Assembly: GCA_963743835.1 (NCBI GenBank)
Contig: CAVUQX010000004.1
Coordinates: forward strand, 2,560 to 66,559
From: Candidatus Dormiibacterota bacterium
GTDB lineage: Bacteria; Chloroflexota; Dormibacteria; Aeolococcales; Aeolococcaceae
Length of the DNA stretch: 64,000 bases
Direction: 5' to 3'
Below, piece by piece: positions 29,708 to 37,665 of the stretch. The notes under the pieces are model-generated. The model did not search any database. It was not told the origin of the DNA and saw nothing but the letters and a program-made list of their open reading frames with translations. Position numbers and translations under genes: made by a program. The number at the start of each line of letters is the position of its first letter. The stretch's first letter is position 1.

Positions 29708-30058
29708 GGGGGAGACCCCGGCTCCGGCTTCAAACCGGACTATTCAGCCTCCGCCGGGGTCTCCCCCGTCCTCCGCGCTGCTTCAAACCGGACTATTCAG
29801 CCTCCGCCGGGGTCTCCCCCGTCCTCCGCGCTGCTTCAAACCGGACTATTCAGCCTCCGCCAGGGTCTCCTCCGTCCTCCGCGCTGATTCAAACCGGACT
29901 ATTCAGCCTCCGTCGGGGTCTCCCTCCGTCCTCAGCTCAGCGTCAATCCGGGTCTCCCCGTCCTTCGCGCAGCTTCAATCCCGACCATTCAGCCTCCGGC
30001 GGGGTATCCTCCCGTTCACCCGGCATCAATCCGGGCTATTCAGCCTTCGCCAGACGTA
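29708..30058 (+). repeat. conserved 3' hairpin element (copy A) expanded into a 53-bp tandem array (4 good + about 3 degenerate units)
   Basis: Full hairpin at 29708-29767: GGGGGAGACCCCGGC / 30-nt loop TCCGGCTTCAAACCGGACTATTCAGCCTCC / GCCGGGGTCTCCCCC. The unit TTCAAACCGGACTATTCAGCCTCCGCCGGGGTCTCCCCCGTCCTCCGCGCTGC recurs, with CAAACCGG at 29731, 29784, 29837 and 29890. Decayed copies lie near 29944, 29976 and 30027. Confidence 0.85.
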
Positions 30059-30760
30059 TGGCTGCAGTTGGGCCGGCGGTACGATCAATGCGAGCCCGAT
30101 CTGCCCGAAGGATGGACCGTGACATGACCGTTCCGTTGCCAACGGGTCGGTCGGCCGACGAAGTAGTCGACTTGGTTTGGGCTACGCGCGCCGCCGCATC
30201 ACAGAGCACAGGATCGAGCGCGCCCCCATGTCGGAGTTCCAGCTGAGCCCTGCGGACGCTGCGCTGGTGAGGGATCGAGTGTCCGGTGGTGTGGTTCGCG
30301 CAGCGACGCACAATCCGTCAAAGCTGGAGCCACTGAGCGCGACAATCGCGGCCTATGGATCAGGACTATGAGGCTCGCCTTCGTCGTGCTCGCAAGATGT
30401 AGCTGGCCATAGTCGCCGCCAGAGTCATGGCTGGCTGCGTCGTCGGGCTGGTAGCCGGCAACCTCACGCCCGGTGTTGGGTGGACTTCTGATGCAGTCAT
30501 CGGGGCGGGCGTTGCCTTCTCATCGCTGGGATCAATTGCCTTTCTGATGTCCGGTGCGAGCAGCGGGCTCCGACGGACCGTGGACTGAGCGTTGACCAGA
30601 CCGGAAAGCGCGACTGGCGACCAGGCCCGGCCAACTTTTTCGGTGTTGCCGCAAGGGGAAACGGCTCGCGGGGTCGCGCTTGCAAATCGGGCAGCCCCCG
30701 ACCTCGGCTCCGGCGGCTAAGGAGGTACGGAGGAGCCCCCCAATCGATGCTGAGCTGGGA

Positions 30761-30836
30761 CGGAGGGAGACCCCGGCGGAGGCTGAATAGTCCGGTTTGA
30801 AGCCGGAGCCGGGGTCTCCCTCCGTCCGTGTGCGGC
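30761..30836 (-). repeat. conserved 3' hairpin element, copy B
   Basis: CGGAGGGAGACCCCGGC / GGAGGCTGAATAGTCCGGTTTGAAGCCGGA / GCCGGGGTCTCCCTCCG. The loop is the exact reverse complement of the copy A loop. The flank TCCGTGTGCGGC is also shared with copy A. Confidence 0.85.
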
Positions 30837-30837
30837 A

Positions 30838-30861
30838 CGGACCGAGGTCTCTCTCGGTCCG
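30838..30861 (-). terminator. 9-bp-stem hairpin 6 nt downstream of the stop of gene 30867..31694
   Basis: CGGACCGAG-GTCTCT-CTCGGTCCG, read directly. No U-tract, so terminator function is uncertain. Confidence 0.35.
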
Positions 30862-30866
30862 CCCGC

Positions 30867-31694
30867 CTAGGACAGCTGGCGGAGGACGCGCTCGAGCTGA
30901 CGCCGCCGGGCGATGCGCCAGCGAGCGCGGAGCGCGGGGACGGAGCGATACACCTCGGGAACGGCGGCGTCCTCGCGCATCGTCGCGCGCAGCAGCGACG
31001 CGACGGTGTCGCGCAGCTCCACGAGCCGCAGGTCGCGTGCAACCTCGAGGGCTGCCGAGATCCGCGCCTCCTCACCGGAGCGCATCCAGTCCTCAAGCGC
31101 GTCGACGAGGCCTTCACGGCCGTCACCGATGACGATGCGCGCGTAGTCGGAGAGCTGTTCGGTGAGCGTTGCCACGTTGGATTCGAAGCGCCGCTCCATG
31201 TAGGCGAGGATTGCATCGCGCGCGCTTTGGTGCGCGAGCACCGCGATGAGCCCCGGAGCGGTCCGCCCGATCAGGAGCTTCTCGAACGGCGAGACCTCCA
31301 GGTACCCGATGTGAGCGCCGGCGCTCGAGACCAGCCAGGGGCTGCCGTCACCGCGATACAGGCAGAGGTTGTCCGGCAGACCGGGATGCTGCCACCCGTA
31401 GAGGCCGCCGGTCGCCTCCTGGAGCACCGTGATGCTCTCCCGGCTCAGGGCATAACGAACCAGGCTCCCGGCTGCGGTGATGCTCTTCGCCTGCTGGAAC
31501 CGCGCCAGGCTCTCGACCGTGGCCTGCCCCTCCGGGTCCATCTCGCTGTTCGGCACTGTGAGCACGGCGGTGGTGCACTGGACCAGGGCGCACTCCAGCA
31601 GCCCGGCGTAATCGGGCCCGGTCGGCTCGTCCAGGAGATCGTAGGTCTTGCGCGCGGAGACATCGCTCCGGGACGTACGCAGGAGGGGTTGCAC
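30867..31694 (-). CDS. hypothetical protein (275 aa)
   Basis: ORF 30867..31694 with gene-like composition. I recognised no family. C-terminal helical region EEARISAALEVARDLRLVELRDTVASLLRATM. Confidence 0.6.
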   Translation of the reverse strand: MQPLLRTSRSDVSARKTYDLLDEPTGPDYAGLLECALVQCTTAVLTVPNSEMDPEGQATVESLARFQQAKSITAAGSLVRYALSRESITVLQEATGGLYGWQHPGLPDNLCLYRGDGSPWLVSSAGAHIGYLEVSPFEKLLIGRTAPGLIAVLAHQSARDAILAYMERRFESNVATLTEQLSDYARIVIGDGREGLVDALEDWMRSGEEARISAALEVARDLRLVELRDTVASLLRATMREDAAVPEVYRSVPALRARWRIARRRQLERVLRQLS

Positions 31695-31755
31695 AGAGCA
31701 ATTCTGTAACGAAATCTCCGGTTCCAGTGTGGCAAACGCGTGCTACGGTCAATTT

Positions 31756-32334
31756 GTGGGCGCGATAGCCACATCCATTGACAGTACCCCCGGCCAGGTT
31801 TTCGCCGACGCGTTGCTCATCGTCGCGGTGGCGATCAACGCCTACCTGGGTTGGAGTCACGGACTTATCCGCCGCGTCTTCAGCGCGGTGGGCGTCTTCC
31901 TTGCGTGCTTCGCCGCCTCCAACCTGGGTAATGCGATCGCCGCGTTGATCCACTCCCACGACGTCGACGCGAATGCCTGGGCATTCGTGGCGGTCTTCAT
32001 CTTTGTGATCATCGTGTTCGAAGTCCTGGGCGCGCTTCTGAATGAGCGGCTCGAGAAGATCGTCGTCGCAGCGTTCGACCGGATTGGCGGTGTGCTCGTG
32101 GGGGCGGTCGTCGGTGTCGCGGAGGTTCTCATCCTCTTTCTCGTCGCCATCTCCGTCAGCGGACCGACCTCGACGACGCACTCCTCGATGTCACAGGACC
32201 TGCACGCGGCGACGCTGAGCGGCGCGGCGATCCGGCTCGAGCCACAGGTGAAGACCCTGTTCGCGCCCGCTCTCCCCTCCAACCTGAGCGACCATTTCGC
32301 TCAGAACGCGGTGGTGGTCACCCCGCCGGTCTGA
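31756..32334 (+). CDS. cvpA: CvpA-family membrane protein
   Basis: GTG 31756 in ORF 31648..32334. Four TM helices: FADALLIVAVAINAYLGWSHGLIRRVFSAVGVFLACFAAS...WAFVAVFIFVIIVFEVLGALL...FDRIGGVLVGAVVGVAEVLILFLVAI. Confidence 0.7.
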   Translation: MGAIATSIDSTPGQVFADALLIVAVAINAYLGWSHGLIRRVFSAVGVFLACFAASNLGNAIAALIHSHDVDANAWAFVAVFIFVIIVFEVLGALLNERLEKIVVAAFDRIGGVLVGAVVGVAEVLILFLVAISVSGPTSTTHSSMSQDLHAATLSGAAIRLEPQVKTLFAPALPSNLSDHFAQNAVVVTPPV

Positions 32335-32344
32335 CCGGCCGAGC

Positions 32345-32734
32345 TCAACGAGGCGAGCCGACGTCCGCTGGGAAGAAGGTCTTGACCACGGAGCCGAGGC
32401 CGACAAGGTTGAACGGCTTGGTGATCAGGTGGTTGGCGCCGGCCACGCGAGCACGCTCGATGTCGTCATCGCTCGAAAGGGCGCTGAACATCACGATCGG
32501 TATGTCGGCGGTCGGCGTATTGCTGCGGATGCGCTTGCAGGTCTCGATACCGTCCATACCGGGCATCATGATGTCCAGGATCACCAGGTCCGGTGCGCGC
32601 GACTTAACCTGCGCAAGGCCGTCCTCGCCGTTCTCGGCGGTGGTCACGTCGTAGCCCTCGATGCCGAGGTACATCGCAACGATGTGGAGGAGCCTGGGGT
32701 CGTCGTCGACGATGAGGATGCTGCCCCGCGTCAT
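32345..32734 (-). CDS. single-domain response regulator (CheY-like)
   Basis: ORF 32345..32734: ILIVDDDPRLL, LVILDIMMPGMDG, IVMFSA, LITKPF. Confidence 0.9.
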   Translation of the reverse strand: MTRGSILIVDDDPRLLHIVAMYLGIEGYDVTTAENGEDGLAQVKSRAPDLVILDIMMPGMDGIETCKRIRSNTPTADIPIVMFSALSSDDDIERARVAGANHLITKPFNLVGLGSVVKTFFPADVGSPR

Positions 32735-32735
32735 G

Positions 32736-33485
32736 CTTACGCCCCCGCTCCACCCTGGGGCGCGCTCAGGCGACCCTCAGCCATGTAGTTCGAGAGATCG
32801 CGCTCGCGCCCGAGGCCACGCTCGATCGAGTCGAGCACGCGCTGGTAGACTCCTCGCGCTCCCTGCGGTCCTCATCCGGCGCGACCATCTCGCCGCGCAC
32901 GCGATGCTGGATCCAGGGCGGGACGAGCTGCTCCACCGTGTTCTGGCCGACCTTGACGGTAATCAGGGTGTCGTCGACCTCTTCAACCAGAATGCTCACG
33001 CGATGGGCGATGCCGACGTGGCTGTCCAGACGCCAGGCCCGCTCCCAGGCGCGCTGCCGGCCGATGCCGACGAAGATCAGGGTCACGGGATCGGCCACCA
33101 GCTGCCCGCCGCTTCCCGAGCTGAGCTCCTTGAGCAGGAGGCGCCAGATGTCGCCGTCGATTTGCCGTGACACCCAGCCGACCAGCGAGGGAGCCCGGTT
33201 GTCGAGGTCCGGCAGGGATACTGCGAGCGAGCTGTCGAGGCTCGGCAGCGCGCTGACAACCCCGGCATGGCGGCGGCAGTACACCCGGTCCTCGATCGTG
33301 ACCCGGTGCTCGATGCACCAGGCGGTGCGGCACTCGCGGCCACGACGGTCGACATATGCGCACGGCACGCCCTCGGTGGACGTGCATCCCCCCTGTGTGC
33401 ACGGATGCATGGAGGTTGGCGCGGGATCCGCGGGCGTCATCCGATCCACATTAGCATCGGTCGGCTCAGCGCGAACCCTGCTCAC
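32736..33485 (-). pseudogene. Cys/His-rich hypothetical protein, one frameshift near the 3' end
   Basis: ORF 32766..33485: HPCTQGGCTSTEGVPCAYVDRRGRECRTAWCIEHRVTIEDRVYCRRH. After about 32850 a different frame reads VYQRVLDSIERGLGRERDLSNYMAEGRLSAPQGGAGA*, with TAA at 32736-32738, 1 nt before the ATG of the CheY-like gene. Confidence 0.5.
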
Positions 33486-34202
33486 TTACCACACCAGAGG
33501 AATGAGTCGGCGCGTCCGCGCGGCGTACAGCCGGTACTCGGGAAGACTGGGCGAGCAGGCCCTCCTCGAAGCGAGCTCTGAGCATCTGAACTGCGATGAA
33601 CGGCACCAGGGTCAGCGTGGCCCAGAGTGCGGGCCGAGCAAGGACGACCGCAAACGCCGCGAGTATCTCGCCGGCGTACAGCGGGTGACGGATGAAGCGG
33701 TACGGGCCGCCAGTGACCACGCGGCGTGCCTCCGGGATGATGCTGAACTCCGGCGCAGGTACAGGAGGCCGTAGACGGCGAGGACGAATGCGCCGAGCGC
33801 CAGTGGGGCGGAGATGTCGCGAATCACGGTCCACGGCGTGAACAGGACGGGGTTTGGGAAGGCTCCGACCACAAGGAGCATCGTGGTCCCCACCAGCCCC
33901 GCAGTCCGCGCGATCACCCTGCCGTCGCGGGCGCGAGGCCGCGGCCGGATCAGGTAGATCCCAACCGGGATGATGCAGAAGAGCAGGTAGACACCTGTGG
34001 TCACCGGGCCGGCCAGGAAATCTCCGAAGCCCGCGTGAGCGCCGAGTGCGTGCACCTGCGACGTCAGGTTCGACCACACGCGCAAGCCGAGCAAGGCGAA
34101 CAGCACCGCCGGAAGCGAGCGCCCGAAGACCAGGAATCGGATCTCTTCGACGCGACGTTCCAGGTCGCCACGGCGTGCTGGAATCGCGACCGCCTCGGCC
34201 AT
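33486..34202 (-). pseudogene. isoprenylcysteine carboxyl methyltransferase (ICMT/PEMT)-family membrane protein, two frameshifts
   Basis: ORF 33612..34202 gives the TM-rich N-terminus. ORF 33466..34077 gives VVTGGPYRFIRHPLYAGEILAAFAVVL...ARFEEGLLAQ. A third frame gives the family-typical end LPEYRLYAARTRRLIPLVW*, with TAA at 33486-33488. Confidence 0.65.
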
Positions 34203-34435
34203 GGCCGGAGTCTAGGTCAGCGCAATTCGGAGCGACGCTCTCGTAGCCCGGTTGTCATCAAATCACCACGGATTCTCGTTGCGGGCTCATCGTCCGGGGC
34301 GTGTCCGATTCTTCGTTACCAATATTTAGCACGCAGGCCATTCCGTTGCAGCAGCAGGGCCCCACACTCGCATCAGTCGGGTCCGAGCAAACATCTCGGC
34401 TCGAAAATCCAACCCGAAAGGAGGTGAAACACAGA

Positions 34436-34636
34436 ATGGATATGCTGAGCACCCTGTACCTTCGCGCAACAGAGTTCATCGCTCGCAAGCGTGAGGAGGC
34501 TGAGGAAGGCCAGGGCATGGTTGAGTATGCGCTCATCCTCGTCCTTATCGCCATCGTCGTTATCGTTATCCTGCAAGTCGTCGGCAAGCAGGTCAACAAC
34601 GTGTTCTCGAACATCAGCAACGGCCTGGCCTCGTAG
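34436..34636 (+). CDS. flp: Flp/Fap-family pilin (66 aa prepilin)
   Basis: ATG 34436 in ORF 34301..34636, preceded by AAAGGAGG. MDMLSTLYLRATEFIARKREEAEEGQGMVEYALILVLIAIVVIVILQVVG contains the G/xxxEY processing motif and a hydrophobic helix. Confidence 0.88.
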   Translation: MDMLSTLYLRATEFIARKREEAEEGQGMVEYALILVLIAIVVIVILQVVGKQVNNVFSNISNGLAS

Positions 34637-34662
34637 CTTTTACAAGCAACCAGGACAGTCAA

Positions 34663-34696
34663 GAGGAGCCGGCCATCGGGTCGGCTCCTCTTTTTT
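34663..34696 (+). terminator. intrinsic terminator after flp
   Basis: GAGGAGCCG-gccatcgggt-CGGCTCCTC followed by TTTTTT, 27 nt after the flp stop. Confidence 0.8.
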
Positions 34697-34792
34697 GCGT
34701 GTAACGCCGTGTCGCGCGGTGGTGCACGCCATCCACCTGCACGCGATTCGCCGTACCATGCGTTCGATGCACTGGGCGTGCGGGTGGCGGAC

Positions 34793-36055
34793 GTGATCCG
34801 TGTACTCATCGCGGACGAGATCGCGCGAATTGTCGGCGACCTGGAGAAACTCGAGCCGTACCGCGACGACATCGATGTCTGCGGCGTGGCGCACCAGGCA
34901 TCGGCGGTCCTCGAGGAAGCGTGGTTGCGCCAACCCGACGTACTCGTGCTGCATGAGCGTTTCGCCGATCTGCCGGCGTCGGACTTTGCCGCTCACCTGG
35001 CGTCGGTGTCGCCGGCGACCCGCGTCCTGCTGATGACCGCGAACGCGACCGCCGAGGGGGCCGGCCCCTGGACGGGTGGTGCGATCAGCGAATCGGCGAC
35101 GAGCGCCGACCTCCTCGAAGCCATTCGCGTCGCCGCCGAGGCTTCTCCTCCCCTCGCGGCCGCCCTGGCCGGCACGCAGGAGCTTGGCGAAGGCGGTGGG
35201 ATGGTCCCTCAGTCGCGACGCGAGGTCCGGGCCCCCGTTGGCAGAGCCGCCGTAGTGGTCGCGTTCTCAGGCAAGGGAGGCACCGGCACGTCGATGGTGG
35301 CCACCAACCTCGCAGTGATCCTCGCGCACGGCGCGGGTGCTTGCGCAGCGCTGGTGGACATCGACCTCCAGTTCGGCGATGCCGCCGGGATGCTCCACGT
35401 CGAGCATCATCCCCTGACCGTGGCCGACCTCGCGGCGCATGGCGAGGACATCGACACGTCGCTCCTCGACGACGTTCTGGCCACCGGGCCTGCCGACGTG
35501 CGGGTGCTGCGAGCTCCCGCGAGCCCCGAGCTGGCCGAGGCGATCACCGCAGCCCATCTCCGCGCCGCCATCAGGGCGATCGCCCGCGCGCATGCTTTCG
35601 TGGTCGTGGATACGCCCTCCCATGTCGATGAAGGCGTGCTGGAGGCGTTCGAGCTCGCGGATCGCGTGCTGCTCGTGACCAGCTACAACCTCAGCGCCGT
35701 GCGCGGCACCAAGGCCACCCTGCTCATGCTCGAGGCACTCGGCGTCGACCTCGATCGTGTCGATGTCGTCCTGAACCACACGCGCCCGCGTACCAACTAC
35801 CGCCGCGAGGACATCGAGGACATCCTCGGCAGACGCATCCTGGTCGATCTTCCATACGACCCGAGGGTTGACCCCTCCCTTGATTCCGGGACGCCGATCG
35901 TCCTGGCGCAGCCGCGCGCCGAGCTCTCGCGCTGCCTCAACTCGCTGGCCGAGCTGGTCGCGACGCCTGCCGCCACCACCGAGCCGAGCGCCGTCGACAT
36001 GGCTACAGCGGAAGCCCCGGCATACCGGCGCCGATTCAGCCTGGGCCGGAGGTAA
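34793..36055 (+). CDS. cpaE: TadZ/CpaE-like protein: pseudo-receiver domain + ParA/MinD-like domain with atypical Walker A
   Basis: GTG 34793 in ORF 34709..36055 (VIRVLIADE). The receiver-like domain lacks acidic-pocket and phospho-acceptor Asp residues (LIADE, VLVLHERF). Walker A is FSGKGGTGTSMVATNLA, with Thr in place of the GK[ST] Lys. Confidence 0.8.
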   Translation: MIRVLIADEIARIVGDLEKLEPYRDDIDVCGVAHQASAVLEEAWLRQPDVLVLHERFADLPASDFAAHLASVSPATRVLLMTANATAEGAGPWTGGAISESATSADLLEAIRVAAEASPPLAAALAGTQELGEGGGMVPQSRREVRAPVGRAAVVVAFSGKGGTGTSMVATNLAVILAHGAGACAALVDIDLQFGDAAGMLHVEHHPLTVADLAAHGEDIDTSLLDDVLATGPADVRVLRAPASPELAEAITAAHLRAAIRAIARAHAFVVVDTPSHVDEGVLEAFELADRVLLVTSYNLSAVRGTKATLLMLEALGVDLDRVDVVLNHTRPRTNYRREDIEDILGRRILVDLPYDPRVDPSLDSGTPIVLAQPRAELSRCLNSLAELVATPAATTEPSAVDMATAEAPAYRRRFSLGRR

Positions 36056-36064
36056 GGTGGCGCC

Positions 36065-37318
36065 GTGATCCGCGTTCTGATCGCCGACGGCAGTGAGCGC
36101 ATCCGCGCCAACCTCGTCCGTCGTCTCGCTGCCGAGGAGGACATCACCGTCTGTGGCACCGCCAGCGATGGCGAGCAGGCACTCCAGGAAGCGCTGCACC
36201 TCGTCCCCGACATCGCGGTGCTCGATGCCGGCCTGACCGGCCTCGATGGTGTGCAGACGACCGAGATGCTCGCCGAATACGCCCCCCAGGCGGGCGTGAT
36301 CCTGATGTCGATGGAGAGCGGCAGCGAGCTCTTCCGGAGGGCGATGCTCGCCGGTGCTCGAGAGGTGTTGCAGAAGCCGTTCGCGGGGGACGACCTGGTC
36401 GCCGCCATTCACCGGGTGCATACCTTCCAGGCACGCAAGCGTGCGGCGCAGGCGGTGCGACAGCCCGAGCGCAGCGGATCGGTCGCTCCCGACGGGGCGC
36501 GCCGCCGCGACGGACGCATGATCACCATCGTCTCGGGCAAGGGCGGTGTCGGCAAGTCGATCATCGCCACCAATCTCGCCCTCGTGCTCAACCGGCCGCA
36601 TCCGGGAAGCGTCGTGCTCGTCGATCTGTCCCTGCAGTTCGGCGACATCGCCGCGCTGCTCGCCATGACGCCGGACGGATCGATCGCGGAGTTCGCCGCC
36701 AGCGACGCCGGGATGACCGACCGTCACGTCATCCAGCAGGCGCTCTCCCTCGGACCGCAGGGCCTGACCGTGCTGGCGGCGCCTCCGAGCCCGGAGCTCG
36801 CCGACTACGTCACCACCGCTCACCTCCGCTCGCTCGTCGCCGAGTTGCGCTCCACATTCGAGCTGGTGGTGGCCGACACCACCTCCCAGCTCTCCGAGAT
36901 CACCCTGGAGGCGCTCGAGAACTCGGATCACATCGTCCTGGTCACCGACTTCAGCGTCACCGCGGTGAAGAACACCCGCCTGATCATGTCGGTCATCGGT
37001 GTGCTGCAGGTTGATCCCGAGCGCATCGTTGTGGTGGCGAACCATCGGGATGCGCCCCTCGCCGGAGGCATGGATCGCGCTCGGATCGAGGACTTTCTCC
37101 GTCACCCGGTCGCCGCCGAGATCCCCCACGACGCGACCGCGATCGGCGGGTCGGTCAGCTCCGGCGTCCCGGTCGTCATCGGCGGCCACTCCACCCCGGT
37201 GACGGCCGCGTTCGAGCGTCTCGCATCAGCGCTCACCGGCGACGCCGAGCCGGCATCCACCGCAGAGCAACCGGGCAAGAAGCGCAGCCGCCGCCGCCTC
37301 GGCTTCGCGCGGGACTGA
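36065..37318 (+). CDS. cpaE: response-regulator receiver fused to CpaE/ParA-like ATPase
   Basis: ORF 36065..37318. MIRVLIADGSERIR, IAVLDAGLTGLDG, LQKPF. Walker [18 protein letters not shown]. Confidence 0.85.
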   Translation: MIRVLIADGSERIRANLVRRLAAEEDITVCGTASDGEQALQEALHLVPDIAVLDAGLTGLDGVQTTEMLAEYAPQAGVILMSMESGSELFRRAMLAGAREVLQKPFAGDDLVAAIHRVHTFQARKRAAQAVRQPERSGSVAPDGARRRDGRMITIVSGKGGVGKSIIATNLALVLNRPHPGSVVLVDLSLQFGDIAALLAMTPDGSIAEFAASDAGMTDRHVIQQALSLGPQGLTVLAAPPSPELADYVTTAHLRSLVAELRSTFELVVADTTSQLSEITLEALENSDHIVLVTDFSVTAVKNTRLIMSVIGVLQVDPERIVVVANHRDAPLAGGMDRARIEDFLRHPVAAEIPHDATAIGGSVSSGVPVVIGGHSTPVTAAFERLASALTGDAEPASTAEQPGKKRSRRRLGFARD

Positions 37319-37367
37319 ATCGACAACAGAGGGAACTCGGACGGAGAAGACCCCGGCCGCAGGGACG

Positions 37368-37433
37368 GACGGAGGAGACCCCGGCTCCGGCTTCAAACCG
37401 GACTATTCAGCCTCCGCCGGGGTCTCCTCCGTC
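37368..37433 (+). repeat. conserved 3' hairpin element, copy C
   Basis: GACGGAGGAGACCCCGGC / TCCGGCTTCAAACCGGACTATTCAGCCTCC / GCCGGGGTCTCCTCCGTC. Lies 49 nt after the stop of 36065..37318. A partial left-arm copy (ACGGAGAAGACCCCGGC) sits at about 37341-37357. Confidence 0.85.
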
Positions 37434-37563
37434 CTCGTTCAGCTCTCAAGCTCCCGGCCTCGGTTAGGTCCGTCCTCGAATTGGCGTCCGCCGAAACGCC
37501 GGCTCGGCTTCGCCTGGGGCTACGGCCGAGCCAGGTGACCCGGCCGACACTACGTTAAGGACT

Positions 37564-37621
37564 GAGGGGACCCCGGCGGAGGCTGAATAGTCCGGTTTGA
37601 AGCCGGAGCCGGGGTCCCCTC
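37564..37621 (-). repeat. conserved 3' hairpin element, copy D
   Basis: GAGGGGACCCCGGC / GGAGGCTGAATAGTCCGGTTTGAAGCCGGA / GCCGGGGTCCCCTC. Lies 44 nt downstream of the stop of minus-strand gene 37666..38901. The stem carries an A:T to G:C double change relative to copies A-C. Confidence 0.85.
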
Positions 37622-37665
37622 GGTCCCTCGCGAAGCCCAGCCGGCGTCTCCTCCGTCCGAGGGCG

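Noticed and set aside
29527-29733. ORFs beginning MKPEPGSP... (29527..29733 minus, 30797..31132 plus, 37597..37797 plus) that look like a small conserved protein family
   Set aside because: The shared N-terminus is just the translation of the repeat loop (TTGAAGCCGGAGCCGGGGTC). Downstream sequences are unrelated and Arg/Pro-rich, so these are repeat-derived artefacts.
29708-30058. Regularly spaced repeats that at first glance resemble a CRISPR array
   Set aside because: The whole 53-nt period is conserved and there are no unique spacers between repeats. No cas genes are in the window. It is a simple tandem duplication of part of the hairpin element.
35267-37189. Very long antisense ORFs: 35267..37189 (640 aa), 46900..48900 (666 aa), 12631..13860, 27637..28797, 50693..51994, 17150..18232, 5782..7158
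   Set aside because: Each lies opposite a gene with clear family motifs. They have the Arg/Gly/Asp/His/Pro-rich composition typical of shadow frames in high-GC DNA, and I recognised no motifs in them.
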